DNA from: Candidatus Pacearchaeota archaeon
GTDB taxonomy: Archaea; Nanobdellota; Nanobdellia; Pacearchaeales; GW2011-AR1
DNA length: 64,000 nt
Direction of reading: 5' to 3'
NCBI GenBank assembly: GCA_009694725.1
Contig: SICV01000003.1
Span: 21,381-85,380 of the forward strand
How positions within the stretch are numbered: position 1 is the stretch's first letter; every line of letters begins with the position of its first letter. This document shows positions 48,192 through 57,621 of the stretch, in pieces. Both the position numbers and the translations under genes were made by a program. The notes below the pieces were generated by a model, which was given only the letters and a program-made list of their open reading frames with translations, made no database searches and was not told the DNA's origin.

Positions 48192-48800
48192 TTGCTTATG
48201 ATTACCTTACCGAAGTTACCGTATGCCTATACCGCGCTTGTGCCCTTTATAGATGCCACAACGATGGAGATTCATCATACCAAGCATCATCAGACGTATG
48301 TGGATAAGCTGAATGAGGCATTGAGCAAGCATCCTTCTCTGGGGAAACAACCCGTTGAAGAACTACTTTCTGATCTTGAGAATGTGCCTGCGGATATTCG
48401 GGTGGCTGTACGAAATCATGGTGGCGGGCACGTGAATCATTCATTGTTTTGGGAAATTCTTAGTCCGAAGACACAGACGATACCCCACGCATTTGAGAAA
48501 CTTTTGATTGAAGCGTTTGGAAGCGTGGAGAAGTTTCAAGAACAATTTACTGTTGCTGCGTTGGCTCGATTTGGGAGTGGGTGGGCATGGTTGGTGGTTG
48601 AAGAAGGTTCTTTACATGTATATTCTACAGCTAATCAAGATTCTCCTTTGATGGAAGGAAAGATTCCGATTTTAGGACTGGACGTATGGGAACATGCCTA
48701 TTATTTAACCTATCAGAATAAACGTGCGGACTATGTGAAGTTATTTTGGAATCATGTCAATTGGGATAAAGTCTATGGGTTATATCACGCAACGCAGTAA
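48192..48800 (+). CDS. sod: Fe/Mn superoxide dismutase
   Basis: LPYAY...[11 protein letters not shown] and DVWEHAYYL metal-ligand motifs. Confidence 0.9.
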   Translation: MLMITLPKLPYAYTALVPFIDATTMEIHHTKHHQTYVDKLNEALSKHPSLGKQPVEELLSDLENVPADIRVAVRNHGGGHVNHSLFWEILSPKTQTIPHAFEKLLIEAFGSVEKFQEQFTVAALARFGSGWAWLVVEEGSLHVYSTANQDSPLMEGKIPILGLDVWEHAYYLTYQNKRADYVKLFWNHVNWDKVYGLYHATQ

Positions 48801-48830
48801 TCTCTTTAAAGGTCTAAAGTAAGTAGTGGT

Positions 48831-49853
48831 ATGGACATGAAATGGTGGGTGATTGGAGTTTGCATTATCGTTATTTTGGGCATTAGTGGATGGATTTGGC
48901 AGGATGTGCGGATCTCTCCGAGTGAGCTTCTCATTTGTCATACCTTGCAGGAAGGGGTAGATGGGGGACCTTCTCTTGTTTTTTTTGGGAGTAAAGAAGA
49001 AACTGAACGATACATGAATGTTTTGTATGGGGTGAAGCCTTTTGATGAAGCGAAAGATCGCTTTACCGTTTCGTATATTGATTCAGTGGTGCCGACCTGT
49101 GAATTATACAAGGGGATTGCGTTGTTATGTTATTCTCGAGAGTTAGTGCAACAAGCTGCTGCGTGCGAGCATGAGTATATTGTGGTGTTACAAGAACAAC
49201 CTGCCGTGATTCGTAGTTCCGCGTTTAAGGGAGTTATTAGTTTGAATACTGCTCATCAACTTTCAGTATTCGCTCATGAATTTGGGCATGCGTTTGGAGA
49301 TTTTGCTGAAGAATATACTCCTGCTTCTCTTCCTTCTTCAAGCGATAATTGTCAAGCATCTTGCGATGATTTTGCTGTTTCAGACGGGTGTTATCAAGGA
49401 TGTTCTGAAACAGGGTATTATCGTTCTATTGATCTGGGTATCATGCGGAGTTTACAGACTACACAGTATGGGATTTGGCATGAAGCGTATTTGAGAGACT
49501 TATTGGGTGTGCAAGGTTCGTCATCAATTACAGGGAATGCGATTGCCCCTGGTGATTGTGCGACGCAATCGTATTCATTGGTGCATCTCGTGAAACGAGA
49601 TGGTAAAACCATTATTCAAGGGGTGAGTGCTGAAACGGGATGTGCTTTGCCGGTATCTACTGTTGAAACAACTTCTTTTCAGATTTTTACAGACGCTCAA
49701 GAGATACATGCGTTGCAATTAACGGGCGAAACGTTTGCCTTTGAAGGGGATTTATTTATTCCTGTTTCGGGAGCTGTTGAAACACTTGCAATTAAGACGA
49801 ATGGTCAACTTGTTGGGGAGGTGCATCTTGGTGCAACACTCTGTCGGGCGTAA
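48831..49853 (+). CDS. secreted/membrane-anchored protein with HEFGH zinc-binding motif
   Basis: N-terminal TM; VFAHEFGHAFGDFAEEY; Cys-rich. Confidence 0.45.
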   Translation: MDMKWWVIGVCIIVILGISGWIWQDVRISPSELLICHTLQEGVDGGPSLVFFGSKEETERYMNVLYGVKPFDEAKDRFTVSYIDSVVPTCELYKGIALLCYSRELVQQAAACEHEYIVVLQEQPAVIRSSAFKGVISLNTAHQLSVFAHEFGHAFGDFAEEYTPASLPSSSDNCQASCDDFAVSDGCYQGCSETGYYRSIDLGIMRSLQTTQYGIWHEAYLRDLLGVQGSSSITGNAIAPGDCATQSYSLVHLVKRDGKTIIQGVSAETGCALPVSTVETTSFQIFTDAQEIHALQLTGETFAFEGDLFIPVSGAVETLAIKTNGQLVGEVHLGATLCRA

Positions 49854-50280
49854 AGGTTTAGCTCCGGTGGTAGGTGTAGCATTGCTTATTGCTCTGGGAG
49901 TTATTGCTGTTGTTGGTTTAGGGGTGTTTGTTTTGGATTTAACGAGTAAACCGCAACTTTCGCCAACTGTGAGTTGTTTTGATGCACAAACTGAATCTCC
50001 TTTTGTTGTAAGTGCCGTTTGTTATAATCAGACGAATAACGTTGTGCAGATAGACATGCATCGTATTGCTACTTCGTTTGCATACGATTCGTTACTTTTT
50101 ACGGTCGAAGGAACGACCAGTAGTTCGTGGACGTGTGGTAAAGGATGCGGATTGTGTACGTTAGGGGCCTTTGGTCAGAGTAAGAAATATTATTCCTTGC
50201 CCTTAGATTCAGTGCCTTCTACCTTGAAAGTACTAGCGAATGGATGCGAGTTAGCACGTGCTTTTGTTCAGCGATGTTAA
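49829..50280 (+). CDS. archaeal type IV pilin-like protein (class III signal peptide)
   Basis: In the 49735..50280 ORF, a GTG/TTG start gives MVQHSVGRKG|LAPVVGVALLIALGVIAVVGLGV, i.e. a short basic leader ending K-G before a hydrophobic helix; overlaps the 3' end of the upstream gene. Confidence 0.4.
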
Positions 50281-50281
50281 T

Positions 50282-50530
50282 TTATTCGTCTAAACAGCGT
50301 CTGAGTTGTTCATAGGGTAGTCTTAAACCGTCACCCAGGGTTACGGTGAGATCTTTATTAGAAAAAAGATATACTTCTTCTGATATTATATCTTTTATCG
50401 TTCCTCCTCGTTCAGTTAGTAGACGTCGTGCGTCCGATTTACTGAGATGATACGTTCCGATTTCAACCCGTTCTTCTCTTTCACTATACTGAATAGTCAT
50501 ATCGGGAGTGCGTATCCATTTTGTATTCAT
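50282..50530 (-). CDS. hypothetical protein
   Basis: 82 aa; directly downstream of rfcL on the same strand. Confidence 0.35.
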   Translation of the reverse strand: MNTKWIRTPDMTIQYSEREERVEIGTYHLSKSDARRLLTERGGTIKDIISEEVYLFSNKDLTVTLGDGLRLPYEQLRRCLDE

Positions 50531-50531
50531 A

Positions 50532-51695
50532 CTATTTTATCAAGAACGCAATTTCGTCTTCGTTGAGTCTGAGCTGTTCTTGTACGCCTGGTTGTTTAAT
50601 GATGTGGCGAATGATTTCAAAATCTCTCATTGCTCGAGGAATAGAGCAGTGTGCATACAGTGCGTATTTTTTCGCGATGCTTTTCTTTTGGATTATTTTT
50701 TGATTGTGTTGCCAAATTTTGAGAATACGTTTCGGGGCTTGATAGGAGGTAAATCCTGGTTGGGGAGAGGGCTTTGCATATGAAATGCCTGCACTTTGAA
50801 AGATATTCTGATAGACGAGAAATCGCCAGAATTGATTTTTGTAAATTCTTCCCCTGAATATATCTGCTTTACTTAATGCGGCGTATGCTTTGACGAGAGA
50901 TTCATTCCGATATTCTCGGGGAATATTTTCTTCAATCCAAAGTAAAACTTCATCTAAGGAGAGTTTGGTGTTATCAAAAAGATCAAGAAAATCGCTTCGT
51001 TCTTTGAATAATCGACGGAGAATGTTAAATATGTTTTCTTCTACATCTCTTCGTTCAGTTGTGTCTACTTTACTATCTGTGTGCGCGTAAGAGTGCAGAT
51101 CATTGAGGGCTGCTCTGAGGTCGCCTTGTGATTTAATGGCAAGTTGTTGTAAGGTGGTATTGTCTTTAGTGACTGCTTCTTTTGTTGCGATTGTTTGTAA
51201 GAGTTGTACTATTGTTGCAGGGGGCAATGCCTTCATTTCTATTAGTGTGCATAGTTGCCGAATAGGGGCGAGTTTTGATTGCCAAATATCATTGCAGGTC
51301 ATAATAATTGGGTGTTTGCTTATGTCTAGAATGCGGGTTAATTCTGGAATGCCTCCGATGTCGCTTCCGGTGACTCCATCTACTTCATCCATTACGATAA
51401 TCTTTCCTTTTTTAAAGAGGCTTTGTTGGAGTGTTGCTGGTTTGAGGAGTTCTTCGAGTTTTGCTTTATTCCGTGTGTCTGATGCATTGAGCTCAAAGAC
51501 TTCGAGATTATTTTCATATGCTGCTGCAAGGGCTAGTGACGTTTTTCCCGTACCTGCAGGCCCATGGAGAATAATTCCCTTTCGTTTGGGGAAATCATGG
51601 AGGAATGCTTTTATTTCGAGAATTGCTTTTTCTTGTCCGATAAAATCAGTGTATTTGATTGCTCGGTACTTTTCTGCAAGATTTTCGTAGACCAT
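50532..51695 (-). CDS. rfcL: replication factor C large subunit
   Basis: AAA+ domain GPAGTGKTS and MDEVDG; archaeal RFC-L length (387 aa). Confidence 0.85.
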   Translation of the reverse strand: MVYENLAEKYRAIKYTDFIGQEKAILEIKAFLHDFPKRKGIILHGPAGTGKTSLALAAAYENNLEVFELNASDTRNKAKLEELLKPATLQQSLFKKGKIIVMDEVDGVTGSDIGGIPELTRILDISKHPIIMTCNDIWQSKLAPIRQLCTLIEMKALPPATIVQLLQTIATKEAVTKDNTTLQQLAIKSQGDLRAALNDLHSYAHTDSKVDTTERRDVEENIFNILRRLFKERSDFLDLFDNTKLSLDEVLLWIEENIPREYRNESLVKAYAALSKADIFRGRIYKNQFWRFLVYQNIFQSAGISYAKPSPQPGFTSYQAPKRILKIWQHNQKIIQKKSIAKKYALYAHCSIPRAMRDFEIIRHIIKQPGVQEQLRLNEDEIAFLIK

Positions 51696-51701
51696 GGCTA
51701 T

Positions 51702-52670
51702 CTAGAGTGCTTTTCCTTGACCAGCAAGCACGAAACTGGCGAGAAGAGCTTGGAGCTGAATGAACTCATCACTTCCCTCAGTCATCCGAAATTCACATTC
51801 TCCTGTTTTTTCGGTGAGACGTACTTTTACTTCTGGTTCAATGGGGAGATTCCAAATTTCTTTTTGCATGATTTTGATGAGATCTTGACCAGAAATACTT
51901 TCTTTGAGCATGACTTCCAGTAATTTATCTCGCCCATTGATAAAATCACCTGCAAGGGCATAATCGAGGACTACTCTCACACCCGTGGGTCTATTCGAGG
52001 ATGAAATCATATTAATCATTTCAGCGTTAATATCCATGGCAATTGAGGCAGTTGCTTGTAACAGATTAATGGCGCGTCTGCAATCGCCTTCTGAAGCTTC
52101 GTAGAGTGTTTCTAATGCTTCAGGGGTTAAGGTAAGTTTTTCTTTTTCAGCAATACGTTTGATGACTTCCACAACATCTTTTTTCTCAAGGAGTTTGAAA
52201 CGAAAGACGACACATCGCGATTGGATGGGGTCGATGATATTTGAAGAATAATTACAGCTCATGATGAAACGACAGGTGTTGGTATAGTTCTCCATTGTTC
52301 TTCGCAGAGCTTGCTGGGCTTCTTTGGTAAGGGCGTCAGCTTCATCAAGGAAAATAACTTTGAAGGGGATGTTTTCCAATGCGCGTGTTCGAGCAAAATC
52401 TTTTACTTTTTGTCTAATGACGTCTATTCCTCGCTCATCTGACGCATTGAGTTCAAGATAATTATCTTTCCATGCATCTCCGAAGAGTTGTTTTACCGTA
52501 ATTAAGGCAAGTGTTGATTTCCCGGTGCCTGCAGGACCCGCAAACATAAGGTGAGGGATGTTCATTGCTTGTACTAATGAGCGCACTCGTTTGAGGATTT
52601 CTTGTTGGCCTACCACCTCTTCAAATGTATGTGGGCGGTATCTCTCCGTCCAGATGTCTGATTGTGACAT
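51702..52670 (-). CDS. rfcS: replication factor C small subunit
   Basis: TERYRP RFC box II; GPAGTGKST; DEAD(A) Walker B LDEADALT; SRC motif CRFIMSCN. Confidence 0.9.
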   Translation of the reverse strand: MSQSDIWTERYRPHTFEEVVGQQEILKRVRSLVQAMNIPHLMFAGPAGTGKSTLALITVKQLFGDAWKDNYLELNASDERGIDVIRQKVKDFARTRALENIPFKVIFLDEADALTKEAQQALRRTMENYTNTCRFIMSCNYSSNIIDPIQSRCVVFRFKLLEKKDVVEVIKRIAEKEKLTLTPEALETLYEASEGDCRRAINLLQATASIAMDINAEMINMISSSNRPTGVRVVLDYALAGDFINGRDKLLEVMLKESISGQDLIKIMQKEIWNLPIEPEVKVRLTEKTGECEFRMTEGSDEFIQLQALLASFVLAGQGKAL

Positions 52671-52936
52671 GACTCAGTGAGCGTTGGAGGGATTATAAAG
52701 ATTTATGTGGTTTTCAGTTCCACGTCGTCGATAAATCCCTTTCTTCAGAATTTGTATTTTGAGGCTTGTTATGCCGAGCGAGCGCGATGCATCTTTCTAC
52801 GACGCTTTTCTTTGCGAAGTCGCTTGCGCTGCCACTTCCATCTCATTTGATTTTTCTTCTTCCATCTTCGTGAGGATCGCTTCATTGAATAGCGATTGAA
52901 GGGACGCTTTATAAAGCTTATTGGCTCGTATTCTCT

Positions 52937-53689
52937 ATGGGATATTGGCCAGTTGTATTTGATATGTTGCGTGATGTAGACATCGTTATTATGGTCGGAG
53001 ATGCTCGTATGCCTGATTTATCGATTAATCAAGAAGTTATTAAGCATGCACGTAACAATGGTAAACAGATTGTGATTGTGTATACCAAGCGAGATTTGAT
53101 TGGAAGAGAGCGTTTGAATTCATTACAGGGACATTATCCACAAGCATTATTTGTTGCAGGGGTTAAAAATGAAGGAATTTCCGCACTTCGTCGTGAACTA
53201 CAAATTATGGGTAAACGTATGAAACTTGATGAAGCGAAAGTGGGGGTATTTGGGTATCCCAATGTCGGAAAATCTGCGCTCATTAATGCTCTTGCTCGTG
53301 GAAGACGAGCATTAGTGGCGAATCAACCAGGAACGACGCGCGGGGTACAATGGATTAAGGCTGCAGGGTTGTGTATTCTTGATTCTCCCGGGGTCATTCC
53401 AATGGTTGACAAGAATCGAAAATTGGTATTATTGGGGAGTAAATCTCCAGATATGTTGCTTGCACCTGATAAGCATGCGTTTGATATTTTAACGATGTTT
53501 TTAGTGAAGTGTCCTGAACGTTTGAAAGAATATTATAAATTGGATGAGCTTGCATTAGAACCGTATGATTTACTGCTTCAAATTGGAGAAGCTCGAAAAT
53601 TTGTAAAGAAAGGTGGGGTTGTTGATGAAGATAGAACTGCGCGGACGATTATTCGGGAATGGCAGATTGGGAAATTGAAGTTAGATTAA
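52937..53689 (+). CDS. circularly permuted GTPase (YlqF/RbgA/Nug1 family)
   Basis: G4 (YTKRD) precedes G1 (GYPNVGKSALIN) and G3 (DSPGV), the family's permuted order. Confidence 0.75.
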   Translation: MGYWPVVFDMLRDVDIVIMVGDARMPDLSINQEVIKHARNNGKQIVIVYTKRDLIGRERLNSLQGHYPQALFVAGVKNEGISALRRELQIMGKRMKLDEAKVGVFGYPNVGKSALINALARGRRALVANQPGTTRGVQWIKAAGLCILDSPGVIPMVDKNRKLVLLGSKSPDMLLAPDKHAFDILTMFLVKCPERLKEYYKLDELALEPYDLLLQIGEARKFVKKGGVVDEDRTARTIIREWQIGKLKLD

Positions 53690-54777
53690 TTATTAAATCT
53701 AATTCTCTCAAAATCATCTTTGAGACGAGTAATTTGTTCGTAGTCGAGGAGAGCGGCATGGATTTCGGTGCTTTTGACTGTTTTTTCAAGTGTACCTGCA
53801 TTTTTGATGAGGTCGGCTATCTTTGCATCATCCAGGAACGTTTTATCAAGGATTCTCCAGCCTTTGATTGGAACATGGTGCGCTTGTTCATAGCCGAGAA
53901 CTTTGAGAAGGTTTTCAGTATCCAAGAGTTCATCGTAGTTTAAGGTGTGGAGGAGGAGTTGAGATTTTTTGACATCTAATTTTGTGTAATCTTTGATGAC
54001 CAGTAACGTTTCTTTTTCTACATCCTGAATAAGTTCTTTGAGGCGTGCTTTGAGAAGGGTGCTTTCATTTCCGAGTTCAATGATATAGCGTTTCATATCT
54101 TGGGCAATGCTTTGGATAATTGCCCCCTTTTGGATAACCAAGAGGCCTTTGTGTAAGCTTGGATGGGATTTCAATTCTAATTGATTCAGGCGTTCTACGT
54201 GGAGGTCAAAGAGCGTTCTTTGCTTTTCAATTGCTTGTAATTGTTCATTTGCTTTTCTTCTGATTTCTTCAGTTGCTTTAATGGGATAGCGTAAATTTTT
54301 GTAGAAGAGTGTTACTTCATGTCTTCGTTCAGAGATTGCGATTACTAACGTGCCAATTTGTTTCGCGGTTCGTTCCGCTGCTTTGTGACGAGTTCCTGTT
54401 TCTAAGCTTTTGATACCTGCTTGAGGAGTGAGCATAACATTGGCATAACTAATGCGTTTGAGATCTGAAGAAACGATAATTGATCCATCCATTTTACAGA
54501 GTTCAACAAAACGTTGCGGGGTGAATCTACAATTGACTCTGAATCCTCCGTCGATGATTGGGACGAGTTGTTCATTTTCTACTACCATTAACGCTCCCTT
54601 TCCTGCCTTTAATGCCGAATCCATTCCTGCACGTAGCTGTGTTCCAGGGGCAACCATTTTCAAAGCCATAAAAAATTCTTCTTCACTTACCTTCGCGCTT
54701 TGTTGTACGGGCACAATTGTGTCTTGTACTTCCTTATCGGGAACATCTGCAAGTTGTTTTTGTAATTCTTGGTCCAT
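53686..54777 (-). CDS. diadenylate cyclase (DAC domain), DisA-like architecture
   Basis: DAC signature GALMVV...DGGFRV...MDGSIIV...SLETGTRHKAAERTAKQIGTLVIAISE followed by ~200 aa helical/HhH-like C-terminal region; 363 aa. Confidence 0.65.
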   Translation of the reverse strand: MDQELQKQLADVPDKEVQDTIVPVQQSAKVSEEEFFMALKMVAPGTQLRAGMDSALKAGKGALMVVENEQLVPIIDGGFRVNCRFTPQRFVELCKMDGSIIVSSDLKRISYANVMLTPQAGIKSLETGTRHKAAERTAKQIGTLVIAISERRHEVTLFYKNLRYPIKATEEIRRKANEQLQAIEKQRTLFDLHVERLNQLELKSHPSLHKGLLVIQKGAIIQSIAQDMKRYIIELGNESTLLKARLKELIQDVEKETLLVIKDYTKLDVKKSQLLLHTLNYDELLDTENLLKVLGYEQAHHVPIKGWRILDKTFLDDAKIADLIKNAGTLEKTVKSTEIHAALLDYEQITRLKDDFERIRFNN

Positions 54778-54805
54778 ACCTCTCCTCTCTTTTGAGAAGT
54801 AGTGG

Positions 54806-55480
54806 TTGTATATAAGTGTTTTTAAGGTTTTGTTCTTCTTTGTAGCTATGCGTTATGTTTCTTTGCTTGCGCTTACCGGGATTCTTGGATGTACTTCCGG
54901 TTGTGTGACTCGTTCTGAACAATGGAAACGGCCCGTTACTGCTTACATTGATCGAATGCAATCTCCTGAACGAATTGTTTGGCAAGAGAGAGCGGGGGCA
55001 CACCCACTTTATGATTTGATTCCTCGCCATCGTGAACAGATCCCGGTGTGGGCTTTGGGCACCTGGGGAACGTGGGCATTAGTAGGTAATGATGAAGATG
55101 GGATTTTCGGGGAACGTGGAGGGTATACGGCGCCCCCTTCATTTTTGAGTGCTGGTTCGTGGGCTCTTCGTAACCCGTTCCATAATGTTACGTTTCATGT
55201 TATTGGCAGCGCGGATAAGACGAATCATACCGCGTTTACTTTACTTTCTTTAGGCATGGATCGCGTTTCTGTTTGTACTCCCTATACGACACAATATGCC
55301 TCTGGAGCAGGGTTGAATGTGCAATTACATGATGCCAAACCCTTTGTTTCATTTTATATGCCTCTCTGGAAGAGAAGAGAATTTCAGTTATATGCTGGCT
55401 GGCGTGAACGAGGTAATTTCGGTCTTGCGTTTCGCCCTTGGCAGAAACGTGAAACCCTCAAAGCCACCGCCGGGGATTGA
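54806..55480 (+). CDS. hypothetical lipoprotein-like protein
   Basis: Signal/lipobox-like N-terminus (LALTGILGCTSGC); 3' end overlaps tRNA-Thr by ~19 nt, so the exact end is uncertain. Confidence 0.35.
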   Translation: MYISVFKVLFFFVAMRYVSLLALTGILGCTSGCVTRSEQWKRPVTAYIDRMQSPERIVWQERAGAHPLYDLIPRHREQIPVWALGTWGTWALVGNDEDGIFGERGGYTAPPSFLSAGSWALRNPFHNVTFHVIGSADKTNHTAFTLLSLGMDRVSVCTPYTTQYASGAGLNVQLHDAKPFVSFYMPLWKRREFQLYAGWRERGNFGLAFRPWQKRETLKATAGD

Positions 55481-55533
55481 ACCCGGGACCTTCACATTAC
55501 CAATGTGACGCTCTACCACTGAGCTACGGAGGC
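55462..55533 (-). tRNA. tRNA-Thr(GGU)
   Basis: Manual fold: acceptor GCCTCCG/CGGTGGC (one U-U mismatch at 4:69); D-arm GCTC-AGTGGTA-GAGC; anticodon stem TCACA/TGTGA with loop TTGGTAA; T-arm CCGGG-TTCAATC-CCCGG. Confidence 0.7.
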
Positions 55534-55567
55534 TTAGTCAGTGGATGTTTTGGACGGTTTAAAAAGA

Positions 55568-55804
55568 CTACTTTGACTTATTTGTTGTGTTCTTTTCAGG
55601 GATTGTTGTCTCAGGAGTCCAATCTAATTTGATGGCATTGCCTGTAATGGTGCCGAGATTTTTCCCTGCTTTGAGTGTCCACGCATAATAGAGTTTGCCA
55701 AATTCAAATCGTTCTTCAGGGTCAATAAGGTGGAGATTATGGTTGCCTGCAATGAGGAGGCCCGCAATGTAGAGAAAGAGGGCAATAATAACGATTATTT
55801 TCAT
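55568..55804 (-). CDS. small hypothetical membrane protein
   Basis: 78 aa; N-terminal TM. Confidence 0.3.
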   Translation of the reverse strand: MKIIVIIALFLYIAGLLIAGNHNLHLIDPEERFEFGKLYYAWTLKAGKNLGTITGNAIKLDWTPETTIPEKNTTNKSK

Positions 55805-56112
55805 GGTGAGATTGATGAGGCGTTAATGTTCCAATCTTGTTGGACTGCATAGCCTGCAATTTTGAAAAAATTGCTTGAAGCAGTGGCAAGCCAGACTGAG
55901 TAGATTTTAATGACTTGCGTGAGACCTTCAAAGGTTGTTACATCTGCTTTGTTATCGTTGTAGACTTTTGTGAAGGTAATTGCAAAGAAGAGGATGACTG
56001 CGATAATTGCAACAAGGCCAACATGGTGCTTAATTTCTCGTAGTTTAAAGAGTACGACTAAAAGCATTACTGCTAAGACAAGTATTACGATAAGTCCAAT
56101 GCTGAGTACCAT
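55801..56112 (-). CDS. small hypothetical membrane protein
   Basis: 103 aa; 2-3 TMs; 4-nt overlap with the downstream ORF. Confidence 0.3.
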   Translation of the reverse strand: MVLSIGLIVILVLAVMLLVVLFKLREIKHHVGLVAIIAVILFFAITFTKVYNDNKADVTTFEGLTQVIKIYSVWLATASSNFFKIAGYAVQQDWNINASSISP

Positions 56113-56230
56113 TTCATCACCTCATTTTCATGAGGGAGAGGGTGTATAAAAGCATTCCGGGGGAAGCTTTGGAATCGAAGGAAAGCGTTCTTGGGAAGCT
56201 TTAAAACCCATTTTTGGTACGTGCCGGTAT

Positions 56231-56303
56231 AGCCCCGTCGTATAGTGGTCAAGTATTCGAGCTTCTGGGGCTCGAGACCCCGGTTCGAATCCGGGCGGGG
56301 CTA
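56231..56303 (+). tRNA. tRNA-Gln(CUG)
   Basis: Manual fold: acceptor AGCCCCG/CGGGGCT; U8; D-arm GTAT-AGTGGTCAA-GTAT (two G-U); anticodon stem CGAGC/GCTCG with loop TTCTGGG; T-arm CCCGG-TTCGAAT-CCGGG; discriminator A. Confidence 0.7.
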
Positions 56304-56438
56304 TTCTTTTTCCGTTTGGTATCTGATGTACGTTTTAGTGAGGGGTTGAGGGAGAGCATGCCCCTATTTTTGATTGTTATTCTCTATTCTTTTTTTGAGC
56401 ATCATCCTTATATAGCGTATCGTAATCATGACTGAACG

Positions 56439-56636
56439 CCCACGTAGTCTAGTGGTCAAGGACGCGGCCCTCTCGCACTGCCGAACATCCGATCGATGAG
56501 AATGGCATGTTCAGTCCCTCTTGGGACAGGCACTGATTTTTTACGAGGAGCATCTCACGATGTTCTGAGTTGCCAGGCCCTCATATTGAGGGCGTGGAGT
56601 ACGGCTGAGACCCGGGTTCAAATCCCGGCGAGGGCA
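56439..56636 (+). tRNA. candidate tRNA-Glu(CUC) interrupted by a ~125-nt intron at 37/38
   Basis: 5' exon GCCCACG-TA-GTCT-AGTGGTCAA-GGAC-G-CGGCC-CTCTCG (56439-56476); 3' exon C-GGCTG-AGAC-CCGGG-TTCAAAT-CCCGG-CGAGGGC-A (56602-56636). Anticodon stem CGGCC/GGCTG with one G-U. One A:A mismatch at acceptor 5:68 and a 4-nt variable loop lower confidence. Confidence 0.5.
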
Positions 56637-56707
56637 TCTTATTACTCCGTAGGGAGCAAGCCCACAGCGAAGCGAGTAGCTGCGCAGCAAGAGAGGAATG
56701 AGAAGCG

Positions 56708-56992
56708 TTAGAATTCTTTCTTTATTTTATTAATAATCTTTTTTTCCTCTTGTGTGATTTCTTTAGCGATTATTATTTCTTCTTGTTTAATGAACGCTTC
56801 AGGTTTTCTGAGTTTGTGTTTGATGACCATGTGACGAGCCCAGAGAAATTCTGATGAGAGGAGGATGAGGCCCCCGATGATGATTGGTATGCCTGGTCCG
56901 GGGATGAACAGAAGGATGAACCCGATGAGAAGGAGTGTGATGCCCATGATGCCGATAGTTATTTTTTTGAGAAGCGCATAGGTGATGTTCAT
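56708..56992 (-). CDS. small hypothetical membrane protein
   Basis: 94 aa; two TMs. Confidence 0.35.
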   Translation of the reverse strand: MNITYALLKKITIGIMGITLLLIGFILLFIPGPGIPIIIGGLILLSSEFLWARHMVIKHKLRKPEAFIKQEEIIIAKEITQEEKKIINKIKKEF

Positions 56993-57030
56993 GTATCTTT
57001 ATCAGGAGATACGTATTTAAACCGTGTGAA

Positions 57031-57504
57031 ATGCGCAGAGATATGTTACCTCAATTAACGAAAGACTATCCTGCGTTACAGGTGAAATATGGTCTGCCTT
57101 CGTTGAGTGCGTTAAATCGAGATTTTGAATTGGATAAAATTGATGTGGAAACAGAGTTTGTGCCTCGGACGATTCGTAAGTGTATGATGGATAAGATGGT
57201 TAACTGTCTTAATTTCTTTGATATGTTACTCACCCCTCAACAAGCTCCTCGCATTTATCTTCCTTTTTTGCAAACGATGACGGTTGCGGATAAACAGAAG
57301 CTTGAACAGTTATATTCTGCATTTGGTACGTTAAGTGTTGAGTGTTTAGCTTTGGAGCTTGATTATTCTGAACAGAAAGAAGCAGAGATGATTACACGCA
57401 TTGCTCAAGTTTGGGGAGAACAACGAGGAGCATTTACTGCCCTGGTGAGTCATATTCGGAATCCAACACCGATGCAACGCAAAGAAAAGAGCTATGCTGG
57501 GTAA
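57031..57504 (+). CDS. hypothetical protein
   Basis: 157 aa; no motif. Confidence 0.35.
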   Translation: MRRDMLPQLTKDYPALQVKYGLPSLSALNRDFELDKIDVETEFVPRTIRKCMMDKMVNCLNFFDMLLTPQQAPRIYLPFLQTMTVADKQKLEQLYSAFGTLSVECLALELDYSEQKEAEMITRIAQVWGEQRGAFTALVSHIRNPTPMQRKEKSYAG

Positions 57505-57621
57505 TTTTTTATTCACTTATTTTGTCTGGTATCGAGAGTATGTTCTTGTTGTGGAGTTCATGAGTATCATGTATTTTATATGCGCCCATATTAGAAATGT
57601 AAAAAAGACACTCTTTAAACG

